Assembly (NCBI RefSeq): GCF_009914755.1
Contig: NC_060932.1
DNA length: 64,000 nt
Origin: the human T2T-CHM13v2.0 reference genome, Homo sapiens
Reading direction: 5' to 3' (one strand)
The notes beneath the pieces were generated by a model. The model saw nothing but the letters and a program-made list of their open reading frames with translations. It was not told the origin of the DNA and did no database searches. Made by a program: the position numbers and the translations under genes. Shown here one piece after another: positions 27,701-40,192 of this stretch; the stretch's first letter is position 1, and each line of letters begins with the position of its first letter.

Positions 27701-28939
27701 GTATCTGTGAAGGTATATTTGGGAGCCCTAAGAGGTCTTTAGGGGAAAACTAAATATCCCCAGATAAAAACTAGAAAGAAGCTATCTGTGAAAAAGCTTT
27801 GTGATGTTTGGATTTATCTCACAATGTTAAACTTTTGTTTTTATTCAGTAGGTTGGAAACACTCTTTATGTAGAATCTGTGAAGGGATATTTGGGAGCCC
27901 ATTGAGGCCTACAGGAAAAAAACAAATATCCCCAGATAAAAACTAGAAATAGTCTATCTGTGAAACTGTTTTGTGATGTGTGGATTCATCAAACAGAGTT
28001 AAATCTTTCTTTTGATTCAGTAGGTTGGAAAGACTCTTTTTGTACTATCTGTGAAGGGACGTTTGGGAGCCCTTAGAGGCCTATAGGGAAAAACTGAATA
28101 TCCTCAGATAAAAACTAGATAGAAGCTATCTGTGAAACCACTTTGTGATGTTTGGATTCATCTCACACAGTTAAACCTTTGTTTTTATTCAGTAGGTTGG
28201 AAACACTCTTTGAGTACAATCTGCGAAGTGACTTTTCGGAGTCCATTGAGACCTATGGGGAAAAAAAAATCCCAAGATAAAAACTAGAAATAGTCTGTCT
28301 GTGAAACTGCTTTGTGATGTGTGGATTCATCAAACAGAGTTAAACCTTTCTTTTGATTCAGCAGGTTGGAAACACTTTTTGTAGAATATGTGAAGAGACA
28401 TTTCAGAGCCCCATGAGGCCTGTAGTGAAAAACTGAATGTCCCACGATGAAAACTAGAAAGAAGCTATCTGTGAAATTGCTTTATGATCTGTGCTTTCAG
28501 CTCACAGAGTTTTACCTTTCTTTTGATTCAGTAGATTGGAAACACTTTTTTTGGTAGAACTTGTGAATGGACATTGAAAAGCCCACTGAGGCCTATAGTG
28601 AAAAACCAAAATCCCACAATTAAAAACTAGTGAGAAGCTACCTGTGAAACTGTTGTGTGAAGTGTAGATTCAGCTTACATTGTTAAACCTTTCTTTTCAT
28701 TCAGCAGGTTGGAAATACTCTTCTTGTAAAATCTGCGTAGGGACATTTCAAAGCCCACTTACGTCTATAGTGAAAACCTAACTATCCTGTGATGAAAACT
28801 AGCAAGAAGCTGTGAAAGTGCTTTGTGATGTGTGAATTGAGCTAACAGAATTAAATTTTTATTTTGATTTGGCAGGTTGGAAACACTCTTTGTTGAATCT
28901 GCAAAAGGATATCTGGCAGAAAAGGACATTTCACAGAAG

Positions 28940-30175
28940 AGGCAGGCAGAGGGGAGAAGTATCAATGCCTGACTGGATGCTGCGTCCTACCAGGGAGGTC
29001 TCTCTCTTTCCAGAAGCCCTGGGGTGTCTTCCGGGTTGGGGATAGAGACCCAGACTCTGGCCCAGGGTTCTTTTGTTTCTCAAGGAGGGCCCCCACTGGT
29101 AGGTGTGGGACAAAAGGCGGGTCTCTGTGGGCATGCAGAAACTCAGGGGCACTTTGAGTCAGGAAGTGGAAAGAAGACTAAGCAGGTGCTTGGTCCTCCC
29201 AGGAAAACATCTTCCTTTTCAGACACCCCTATGGTGCCCCTGGGTCAGGGCTAGAGTCCAGGGCTCGGGCCAATGGTGCCTGTATCTCTAACAGAGGGCC
29301 CCCATGGATGACCACGGGGCCACAGGCAGGCCTGTGAAGGATGGCAGAAACCCAGGGGGATGTTGAGTGAGGCACAGTCGAGAAGTGGCTAGGCCTGAGA
29401 AGGTGCTGGGTCATCCCAGGGAGGTCTTCACCTTCCCAGAAGCCCACGGTGCATGCTTTGGGTGGGGTCTAGAGTCACAGGCTCCAGCCCAGGGTGACTT
29501 TATCTTTTGTGGATGGCCCATATAGGTGATGGCGGGGCCACAGGTGGGCCTGTGTGAGCATGCAGAAACTCAGTGGGACATTGAGGCAAGTAGAGGAAAG
29601 AAGAGGCAACGTCTGAGCAGGTGCTGAGTCCTCCCAGGAAGGCCTCTCCCTTCCCAGAAGTATTTGGTGAGACCCCGGGTTGGGGCTATAGCCCTGGGAT
29701 CCAGCCCTGGGTGCCTGTGTCACTCGTACAGAGCCCTCATGGGTGGCAGCACAGCCGCAGGTGGGACTGGGCAGGAGGGCAAAAATGCAGAGAAATGTTG
29801 AGGCAGGCAGAGAGAAGTGGCGTGACCTGAGCGGGTGCTGGGTCATCCCAGGGAGGCTTCTGTTTTGCCAGAAGGCCCCAGGGTGCCCCCTGCGTGAGAG
29901 CTAAAGCCCCAGTCTCCTTCCCAGGGTGTCTGTGTCTCTCGCAAACAGCCCCGACAAGTGGCGGCACGGCTGAAGGCCAGCAGGTGCAGGTGGGCAGAAA
30001 CTCAACAGGACTTTGAGACAGGCAGAGGGGAGTAGTGGCAAACCCTGAGCAACTGCTCAGTCATCCCAGGGTGGCCTCTCCCTTCCCAAAAGCCCCCAAG
30101 GCGCCCCTCTGGTCAGGGCTAGAGTTCCAGGCTTCAGCCCCGTGTGCCTGTGTCTCTTGTAGAGGTCCCTCCAAA
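28940..30175 (+). repeat. Gamma satellite, ~218-bp subfamily (GSAT/GSATX-like), block A, ~5.5 monomers
   Basis: Abrupt switch to GC-rich tandem repeat with GAAACTCAGGGGGACATTGAGGCAGGCAGAGGGGAGAAG...GGGAGGCCTCTCCCTTCCCAGAAGCCCC...CCCAGGGTGCCTGTGTCTCTC. Strand denotes the G/purine-rich strand; the exact Repbase subfamily is uncertain. Confidence 0.85.
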
Positions 30176-30185
30176 GGCACACCTT

Positions 30186-31128
30186 AATAACTATAAAGAA
30201 GCTATCTGTGAAACTGCTTTAGCATGTGTGTTTTCAGCTCACAGAGATAAAACTTTCTTTTGATTCAGAAGGTTGGAAACACTCGTTCTGTAGAATCTGC
30301 GAAGGGACATTTCAGAGCTTGTAGAGGCCTATATTAAAAATCCAAATATCACAGGATAAAAACTAGAAGGAAGCTATCTGTGAAGCTCCTTTGCGATATG
30401 TGCATTCAGTTCACAGAATTAAACCTCTCTTTTGATTCAGCAGGTTGGAAACACTCTTTTTATGGAATCTGCAAAGGGACTTTTCAGAGCCCATTGAGGC
30501 CTATAGTGAAAAACAAAATATCCCGGCATAAAAACTAGAAAGATGTTCTCTGTCACACTGCTTTTGATGTGTAGATTCAGCTCACAGATTTAAACCTTTC
30601 TTTTGATTCAGCAGGCTGGAAATGCTCTTTTTGTAGAATCTGCTGTGGGACACTTGGAGCCCACTGAAGCCTTCTTTAGTGAAAAATAGCATATTCCACA
30701 ATAATATCTAGAAAGAAGCTATTGGTGAAACTGGTTTCTGAAGTGTGGATTCAGCACAGAGTTAAATCTTTCTTTTGATTCAGCAGGTTGGAAGCACTCT
30801 TTTTGTAGAATCTACAATGGGACATTTTGGTGCCCATGGAGGCCTATAGTGGAAACTGAACATCCCGCAATAAAAAGTAGAAAAAAATCTATCTGTGAAA
30901 CTGATTTGTGAGGTGTGGATTCAACTCACAGGGTTAAATATGTTTATTAATTCAGCAGGTTGTAAACACTATTTTTGTAAAATCTGTGAAGGGACATTTC
31001 AGAGCAAACTTAGGCTTATAGTGAAAGAACTAAAATTTTGTGATAAAATCTATAAAGAAGCTATCTGTGAAATGGCTTTGTGATGTTTGCCTTCAGTTCA
31101 GAGTTAAACCTTTCTTTTATTTACACAG
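30186..31128 (+). repeat. Alpha satellite island 1 (~5.5 monomers) between gamma blocks
   Basis: Alphoid monomers resume at AATAACTATAAAGAAGCTATCTGTG and end at TTTCTTTTATTTACACAG. Same orientation as the main array. Confidence 0.95.
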
Positions 31129-31129
31129 T

Positions 31130-34100
31130 GGGAGGCCTCTCCCTTCCCAGAAGCCCCAGAGTGCCCACCGGGTCTAGGTAGTGCCATGGGCTCCAACCGA
31201 GGGTGACTGTGTCTGTCATGGAGGGCCTCCACGGGTGGCAGCAGGGCCTCAGGCAGGCCTCTGTGGGCAGACAGAAACTCTAGAGGATGCTGAGGTATGC
31301 AGAGGGGAGAAGCAGTGAGGCCTGAGAAGGTGCTAGGTCTTCCCATGGTGGTCTCTCCCTTTCGAGAAGCCCCTGGGGCATCCCCCGGGTTGGAGTAGAA
31401 CAATGGAGTAAGGCCCAGGGTGGCTGTATTTCTCATGGATGGCCCCCGGGGGTGGCTATGGGAAAGCAGACGGGCCTGTATGGGTGGGCAGAAATTCAGG
31501 GGAACGTTGAGGCAGGCAGAGAAGAGAAGTGGCTTAGCCTGAATGGGTACTGGATTGTCCCAGGGAGGCTTCTTTCTTCCCAGAAGCACCAGGGTGCATC
31601 CCAGATCGGGGCTAAAGCCATGGGCTCTGGCCAAGTATGTCTGTATCTCTCTGAGGTCCTCCATGGGCAAGGGTGAAGCTGCAGGTGGGTTGTGCAGGTG
31701 GGAGAAACTCATGGGGATGTTGACGCAGGCAGAGGGGAGAGGCAGCAAGGCCTTGAGTGCTGTGTCCTCCAGGGAGGCCTCTCCCTTCCCAGAAGCCCCC
31801 AGGGTGCCCCCCAGGTGGTGGCTGGAGCCCCAGGCTCTGGCCCCGGTTGCCTGTGTGTCCCTAGGATGGCTCCATGGGCAGGCAGTGGGGATGCAGGAGG
31901 GCCAGCACGTGCAGGCAGAAACTCAGGGGAATATTGAGGCAGGCAGAAAGGAGAAGCAGTGAGGACTGAGTGGGTGCTGGATAGTCCCAGGGAGGCGTCT
32001 CCCTTCCCAGAAGCCCACAAGGCACCCCCAGTGTCAGGGCTAGAGCCACGGGCTCCAGCCCAGGGTGCTTGTGACTCTTGGGGAAGGCACCCACACACAG
32101 CATGGGGGCTGCAGGCAGGTCTTTTCTGGAGGGCAGAAACTCAGGAAGACATTGAGGTAGGCAGAGGAGAGAAGAGGTGAGGTCTGAGCGGGTGCTAGGT
32201 CATCCCAGGGAGGCCTCTCCCTTCCCAGAAGCCCCAAGGGTGCCCCCTGTATTGGGTCTAGAGCCACGGGATCCAGCCGATGGTGCCTGTGTCTCTGGTG
32301 GAGGGCCCACACGGGTGGCGGAAGGGCCACAGGTCGGTCTGTGCTGGCAGGCAGAAACTAAGGGGGAGGTTCAGATAGGCAAAGGGTAGAAGCAGCGAGG
32401 CCTCAGTGGGTGCTGGGTCATCCTAGGGAGACCCTTCATTTCCCAGAACCCCCAGAGCGCCCCCTGGGTAAGGGCTAGAGCTCTGGGCTTCAGGCCAGGA
32501 CGACTGTGTCTCTCATGGAAAGCCCCTAAGGGTGGTGGTGGTCATGCAGGCAGGCCTGTGTGGATGAGAGGAAACTCAGGGGGAAATTGAAGCAGGTAGA
32601 GAGGAGAAGCAGCGATGCCTGAACGGGTGCTGGGTACTCACACGGAGGCTTCTTCCTTCCCAGCAGACCACAGGGTGCTCTTCAGGAGGGGAGTAATGCC
32701 ACAGATTCCGGCCCAGGGTGCCTGTGTCTCTTGCACGGGGCCCCCACTAGTGGTCTTTGCATGCAGGGAGAAAATTAGGGGGACACTGAGGCACATAGAG
32801 GGGAGAAGCAGCGAGGCCTGAGCAGGTGCTGGGTCATCCCAGGGAAGCCTCTCCCTTTTCAGAAGACCCTGGGGCACCCCACGGGTCAGACTAGGCCATG
32901 GGAACTGGCCCAGAGTGACTGTGTCTCTGGCAGATGACCACCACGGGCAGTGGCAAGGCCACAAGTGGGTCTGTGCAGGAGGGCAGAAACTCAGGTAGAC
33001 TTAGAGGCAGGCAAAGGGGAGAAGTGGCAAGGCCTGAGAAAGTGGTGGGTAGTCCCTGAGAGGCCTTTCCCTTCCCAGAAACCTCTGGGGCACTTCCTGG
33101 GTGGGGGCTAGAGCTCCAGGCTCCACATGCAGAGTGCCTGTTTCTCTCCCAGAGGGCCCCCTTGGGTGGTGACAGGGCCGCAGGCAAGCCAGGGTGGGCA
33201 GGCAGAATCTCAGGGGGGTGTTGAGGCAAGCTGATGAGATAAGCAGCAAGGCCTGAGAGAGTTCTGGGTCATCTCGTCATCTCACAAAGACCTCTCTCTT
33301 CCCAGAAGCCCCCAGGGTGCCCACAGGTGGGGTCTAGAGCCTCAAACTCTGGCCCAGGGTGCCTGTGTCTCTCGTGGAGGGCCCCCATGGATGCTGGCAG
33401 GGCCACATACAAGCGTTTGTAGGTGTGCAGAATCTCAGGGGATGTTGAGTCAGGCAGAGAGGAGAAGTGGTGAGGCCTGAGTGGGTGCTGGGTTGTCCCA
33501 TGGAGGCCTCTCCTTTCCCAGAAGTCCCCTGGGTGCCTCCTGGGTCGAGGCTACAGCCACAGGCTCCAGCCCATGGCACCTGTGCTTCTTGCAGAGGGCA
33601 CCCAGGGGTGGCAGCAGGGCTGTGGGGGCAGGCAAAAATGCAGGGGGACATTGAGATAGGCAGAGAAGAGAAGAGGCAAGGCCTGAACGGGAGCTGGGTC
33701 ATCCCAGGGAGTCCTCTCCCTTCCCAGAAGCCCCTGGGGTGCCCTCCAAGTAGGGTCTAGAGCCATGGGCTCCAGCCCAGAGTACCTGAGTCTCTCCTGG
33801 AGGACCCCCACGGGTAGCGGCGGGGCTGGAGGCAGGCCTGTGCGAGCTGGCAAAAACTCAGCCAGACAGGAGAAGTGGCAAGGCCTGAGTGGGTCCTGGG
33901 TCATCTCAGGAAGGCCTCTCCCTTTTCAGAAGTCCCTGGGGTGACTGCAGGTGGGGACTAGAGCCTCAGGGTCTGGCCCAAGGTGCCTGTGTTCCTCGTC
34001 GAGAGCAGTCACAGGTGGTGGTGAGGCCGCAGGTGGGCCTGTGCAGGCAGGCCTGTGCAGGTGGGCAGAAACTCAGGGGGACATTGAGGTAGGCAGAGGG

Positions 34101-35674
34101 GAGAAGCGGTGAGGCCTGAGCATGTGCTGGGTCCCCAAAGGGAGGCCTTTCAGTTCCCTGAAGCCCCTTGGGCTCCTTCTGGTTGGGGACTAGAGCCACA
34201 GACTATTGCCCAGGGTGCCTGTGTCTCTTGTGGAGGACCCCCACAGGCAGTGGCGGGCCACACATGGGCCAATGCAGGCAGGCAGATACTCAGGAGGCGT
34301 TGAGGCATGCAGAGGGGAGAAGCAGTGAGGCTGAGCAGTGCTCAGTCCTTTTAGAGGCCTATCCCTTTTCAGAAACCTACTAGGTGCCTCCCGGGTGGGG
34401 GTTTTCTGGGATCTGGCCCCAGGTGAGTGTGTCTGTTGTGGAGGGCCCCCAAGGGTGGTGGTAGGTCCACGGTGGGCCTGTGTGGGAGGGCAGAAACTCA
34501 GGGGGACATTGAGGCAAGCAGAAGGGAGAGACATCGAGGCCTGAGAGGGTGCTGGTTTGTCCCAGGGATGCCTCTCCCTTCTTAGAAGCACACGGGGAGA
34601 CCCCCGGGTAGGGGATAGAGCCATGAGCTCTGTCCCAGTGTGCCTGTGTCTCTCACAGAGGACACTCACGAGTGGTGGTGAGGCCACAGGTGGGCCTGTG
34701 CAGGGGAGCAGAAACTCAGGGGGACATTGAGGCACGCAGAGGGGAGAAGTGGCAAGGATTGAGTGGGTGCTGGGTCATCCCAGCGAGGCCTCTCCCTTCC
34801 CAGGAGACCCCAGGGTGAACCCCATGTTGGGGCTAGAGCCATGGGCTCTGCCCCAGGGTGTCTGTGTCTCTGGTGGAGAGCCCCCACGGGTGGTGGCGGG
34901 GCCGCAGTTGGGCCTGTGTGGGCAGGCAGAAACTCAGGGGGAGGTTGAGGCAGGCAGAGAGGAGAAGCAGCGAGGACTGAGCAGGTGCTGGGTCACCCCA
35001 GGGAGGCCTCTACCTTCACAGAAGCCCCCAGGGTGCCCCCTGGTTCAGGGCTAAAGCCTGAGACTTCCACCCAGGGTGGCTGTGTCTCTTGCTGAGGGCC
35101 CATAAGGGCAGCTGTGGGGACACAGGCGGGACTGTGTGGGCAAGCAGAAACTCAGGGGGACATTGAGGCACACAGAGGGCAGAAGTGGTGAGGCCTGAGG
35201 AAGTGCTGGGTCATCTGACAGTATCCCAGAGCTCCCTTCGGGTGGGAGCTAGAGCCTTGGACTCTGGCCAACTGTTCCTGTGTCTTTGGCGGAGGGACCC
35301 CCACAAGCAGCGGCAGGGCCTGTGTGGGCCTGTGCTAGTGGGCAGAAACTCAGGGGGATGTTGACACATGCAGTGGGGAGAAGCAGTGAGGCCAGAGCGG
35401 GTGCTGGGTCTTCCAAGGGATGCCTTTCCCTTCCCAGAGGCCTGCAGGGCAGCCCCTGAATGTAGGCTAGAGCCCCATACTCCAGACAAGGGTCCCTGTG
35501 TCTCTGGCTGAGGGCCCACAGTGGCTGCGGCCCCACTGCTGCCCGCAGGTGGGCAAGTGCGGGGCGGGCAGAAACTCAGGGGGAGGTTGAGGCAGGTAGA
35601 GGCACAGGAATAAAGTGGAGAGGCCTGAGTGGGTGCTGGGTCTTCCAGGGAGGCCTCTTCCTTCCCAGAAGCCC
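31130..35674 (+). repeat. Gamma satellite, ~218-bp subfamily, block B, ~21 monomers
   Basis: GAAACTC marker at 34493, 34711, 34929 and 35147 gives an exact 218-bp period. Same consensus as block A. Confidence 0.88.
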
Positions 35675-37543
35675 ATGTTGGAAACGCTTTTTTTGTAGAA
35701 TCTGAGAAAAGACATTTTGGAGCCCAATGAGACCTGTAGTATAAAACTGATTATGCTGTGATAAAAACTAGAAAGAAGCTATGTGTGAAACTGCTTTGTG
35801 ATGTGTGAATTCATCTCACAGAGTTTAGACCTTTCTTTTGATTCAACAGGTTGGAAACTCTTTGTACAATCTTAGACAAAATATTTCGGAGCCCAGTGAG
35901 GCCTATAGTGAAAAACTGAATATCCCGTGATAAAAACTAGAAAGAAGCTATCTGTGAAACTGCTTTGTGATATGTGCATTAAGCTCCCAGAGTTAAATCT
36001 TCCTTTTGATTCAGAGGGTTGGAAACAAACTTTTTGTAGAATCTACGAAGGGATATTTCAGAGCCCACTGTGTCTGGCCTATAGTGAGGAACAGAATATC
36101 CCGTGATAAAAACTAGAAAGAAGTTATCCAAGAAACTGCTTTGTAGAATCTGGGAAGAGACATTTCAGAGCCCACTGAGGCCTGTATTATAAAACTGAAT
36201 ATTACATGATAAAAAGTAGAAAGAAGCTATATGTGAAACTGGTTTGTGATGTGTGGTTTCAGCTCCCAGAGTTAAACCATTCTTTTGATTCAGGACATTG
36301 GAAACACTCTTTTTGTAAAATCTGTGAAGAAACATTTCAGAGCCCACTTAGGCCTATAGTGGAAATCTGAATATTCAACGATAAAAACTAGTATGAAGAA
36401 ATGTGTAAAACAGGTTTGTAATGTATGTAAAATATTCTTTTGATTCAGCAGGTTAAAAATACTTTCTGTAGGATCTGTGAATAGATATTTCATAGCCAAC
36501 TGAGGCCTATAGTGAAAAACTGAATATCTTGTGATAAAAAACAAAAGAAGCTATTTGTGAAACTTCTTTGTATTGTGTGGATTCAGCTAACAGAGATAAA
36601 CCTTTATTTTGGTTCAGCAGATTGGAAGCACTCTTTTTGCAGAATTAGTGAAGAAATATTTTGGAACCCACAGAGACTTACAGTGAAAAATCTGACTATC
36701 CCATGATAAAAACTAGAAAGAAGCTATCTGTGAAACTGCGTTGTGATGTGTGGACTCATCTGACAGAGTTAACTGGTTATTTTGATTCAGCTATTTGGAA
36801 ACACTCTTTTGTAGAATCTCCAAAAGGACATTTTGGATTCCACTCTGGCCTATAGTGAAAATCTGAATATCCTGTGAAAAAAACTAGAAAGAAGCTATCT
36901 GTCAAACTGCTTTGTGATGTGTGGATTCAGCTCTGAGAGTTAAACCTTTCTTCGATTCAGCAGGTTGGAAACACTCTTTTTGTAGAATCTATGAAGGGAC
37001 ATTTCAGCGCCCACTGCCGCCTACAGTGAAAAACTGAATGTCCCGTGATAAAAACTAGAAAGAAGCTGTGTGTGAGACTGTTTTGTGATGTCTGCATTCA
37101 ATACACAGAGTTAAAACATTCTTTCAATTCACCAGGTTGGAAACACTCTTTTTGTAGAATCTGCAAATGGACATTTCGGAGCCCACTGAGGCCTACAGTG
37201 AAAAACTGAGCATCTTGCTATAAAAACTAGAAGGAAGTTCTCTGTGAAACTGCTTTGTGATGTGTGGATTCATTTCACAGAGTTAAGCTTTCCTTTTGAT
37301 TCAGCAGGCTGGAAACTCTTTTTGCAGAATCTGTGAATGGACATTTCAGAGCCCTCTAAGACCTATAGTGAAAAACCGAATATCCCGCGATAAAAACTAG
37401 AAGGAAGCTATCTGTGAAACTGCTTTGTGATGTGTGGATTCAGCTAAAATAGTTAAACTTTTCTTTCGATTTAGCAGGTTGGTAACACTGTTTTTGTAGA
37501 ATCTGCGAAGGAACATCTCGCAGAAATGGACACTTCATAGAAG
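35675..37543 (+). repeat. Alpha satellite island 2 (~11 monomers), relatively close to consensus
   Basis: Starts ATGTTGGAAACGCTTTTTTTGTAGAATC. Typical 171-bp monomers. Ends in a 29-bp linker also found at 28911-28939. Confidence 0.95.
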
Positions 37544-40192
37544 TGTTAATTGGAAGGGAGAAGGAGTGAGCCCTGAGCTGGTGCTGGGTCCTCCAGAAAG
37601 GCTTCTAACTTTCCAGAAGCCCCATGGGTACCCCCAGGTGGGAAGCTAGAGCCCTGGGCTTTGGCCCAAAGTGTCTGTGTCTGTCCCAGAAGGCCCCCAT
37701 GGGTGGTGGCAGGGCCACAGACTGGGCTGTGCAGGTGGTCAGAAACTAAGAGGGACATTGAGGCTGGCAGAGGGGAAAACTGGTGAGGCCTGAGAGGTTG
37801 TGGGTCCTCCTAGGAAGGCCTCTATTTTCCCAGAATCCCCCAGGGGGTCCCCTGTGTTGAGACTAAAGCCTTGGGCATCGTACCAGCATGGCTGTGTCTT
37901 TCACGGAGGGCTCCATGGGCCTCGGCAGGGCCACAGGTGTGCTTGTGCAAGCATGCAGAAATTCAGGTGGACATTTAGGCAGGCAGTGGTCAGAACCGCC
38001 GAGGCCTCAGTGGGTTCTGGGTCATTCCACAGAGACCTCTCCCTTCACAGAAGCTCCTGGTGTGCCCCCCAGTTGGGGGCTACAGCCCCAGATTCTGGTC
38101 CAGAATCCCTGTGTTTCTCATGGAAGGCCTCCACAGGCAGTGGCAGGGTCTCAGGCCGGCCAGTGAGGGTGAGCAGAAACTCAGGAGCACATTGAGGTAG
38201 GCAGTGGGGATAAGCGGGGAGGCCTTCACTGGTGCAGGGTTCTCCCAGGGAGACCTCTCCCTTCCCAGAAGCCCCTGGGGCATTCCCCGCATTGGGTTTA
38301 GAGCCTCTGGCTCCAGCCCTGGATGCCTGTATCTCTCATGGAGGGCCTCCACAGGCATTGGGCGGCACCACAGGCAGGCATGTGCAGGCAGGCAGAAACT
38401 CAGGGGACACTGATGCAAGCAGAGGGGAGAAGCGGTGAGGCCTGAACATGTGCTGGGTCCTCCCAGGAAGGTCCTTCCCTTCCCTGAAGGTCTCCCTTTG
38501 TGTGAGCTAGAGCCCCAGGCTCTGGCCTGGGGTGAATGTGTCTCTCACAGAGGGCCCCCTTGGGTGGCAGCGGGGTGGCAGGCAGGCCTTTGTTGGCAGG
38601 CAGAAACTCAGGGGACGTTGAGGCAAGCTGAGGGAAGAAACAGCGAGGCCTGAGCTGGTGTTGGGCTTCCTCAGAGAGGCCTCTCCCTTACCAGATGTCT
38701 CTGTTGGCTCTCTGGATGGGGACTAGGGCCCCTTGCTCTGGCCCAAGGTGCCTGTGTCTCTCACCGAGGGCCCTCACAGATGGCAGCTGGGCCTCATGCA
38801 GGCCTGTGTGGGTGGGCACAAACTCAGGGGGACATTGAGGCAGGCAGAGGGGAGAAGCAGTGAGGCCTGAGCGGGTGCTGGGTCATCCCAGAGAGCCCTC
38901 TCCCTTCCCCGAGGCCCCAAGGGCTTTCCCCAGGTGAGGGATATAGCTTCAGTCTCCAGCCCACGGGGTCTGTGTCTCTCATGGGAAAACCCCACGTGCA
39001 GTGGCAGTGGGGCCACAAATGGTCCTGTGCAGTCAAGCAGAAACTTAGGGGACTTTGAGGCAGGCAGAGTGGAGAAGCAGCGAGACTTGAGCAGGTGCTG
39101 TGTCCTCCCAATGAAGCCTCTCCCATCCAAGAAGACACTGCCCACCCCCGTCCCCGGGTAGCGGTTAGAGCCCCAGACTTTGGCCCAGGGTGCTTGTGTC
39201 TCACGGAGGGCCTTCATGGGCGGTGGTGGGGCTGCAGTCGAGCCTATTCATGCAGGCAGAAACTCAGGCTCCCAATTCAGGGCTAGAACCCAGGGTGCCT
39301 TTCTCTCACAGAGAGCCTCCACAGGCGGTGGAGGGGCCACAGGCAGGCTGGTGAGGGTGAGCAGAAACTCAGGGATAAGCAGCAAGGCCTTTAGTGGATG
39401 CAGGGTCAACCCGTGGAGGCCTATCCCTTCCCAGAAGCCCCAAGGCACCCTCCGGGTCAGGGTTACAGCCCCCGGCTCCATCCCAGGGTGCCTGTGTTTG
39501 TCGCTAAGGACTCCACATGCAGTGGCAGGGCCGCATGCGAGCCTGTGCAGGCAGGCAGAAACTCAGGGGGACTTGTAGCAGGCACAGGAGAGAAGTAGCT
39601 TCGCCTGAGCAGGTGCTGGGTCAACCCAGGGAGGCCTGTCCCATCCAAGAAGCCCCCAGGGCATCCACGGGTTAGGGCTAGAGCCCTGGGCTCTGGCCCC
39701 AGGTGACTCTCTCTCGCAGAGAGCCACCACAGACATTGGTGGGTCCACAGGCAGGCATGTGCTGGCTGGCAGAAACTCATGGGGACATTGAGACAGTCAG
39801 AGGGGTGAAACGGCAAGGGCTGAGCAGGTGCTGGGTCTTCCAGGGAAGCCTCTCCCTTCCCAGAAGCCCCCGAAGTTCCCACCTTGTGTGAGCTAGACCC
39901 CAGAGCTCCGGCCCAGGGTGTCTGTGTTTCTTGCAGAGGGCCCCCTCGGGAGGCGGCAGGGCCCCAGGAGGGTCTGTGTTGGCAGACAGAAACTCTGGGG
40001 GACTTTGAGGCAGGCAGAGGGGAGAAGTGGCCAGGCCTGAGTGGGTGCTGAGTTTTCCCAGGAGGCCTCTCCCTTCCCAGAAATCCATGGGGCCCTCCCT
40101 GAGTGGGTGCTATAGCCCCAGGCTCAAGACCAGGGTGCCTCTGTGTCTCTTGGAGAGCCCCCCCAGAATCCCCAGGGGTGCCCCCTGAATGG
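37544..40192 (+). repeat. Gamma satellite, ~218-bp subfamily, block C, ~12 monomers with internal deletions
   Basis: Same consensus as blocks A and B. Truncated monomers near 39270, 39370 and 40160. Confidence 0.85.

Noticed and set aside
31130-35674. G-quadruplex potential of the G-rich gamma strand
   Set aside because: G-runs exist, but loops are long and irregular. I could not distinguish this from what base composition predicts without computation.
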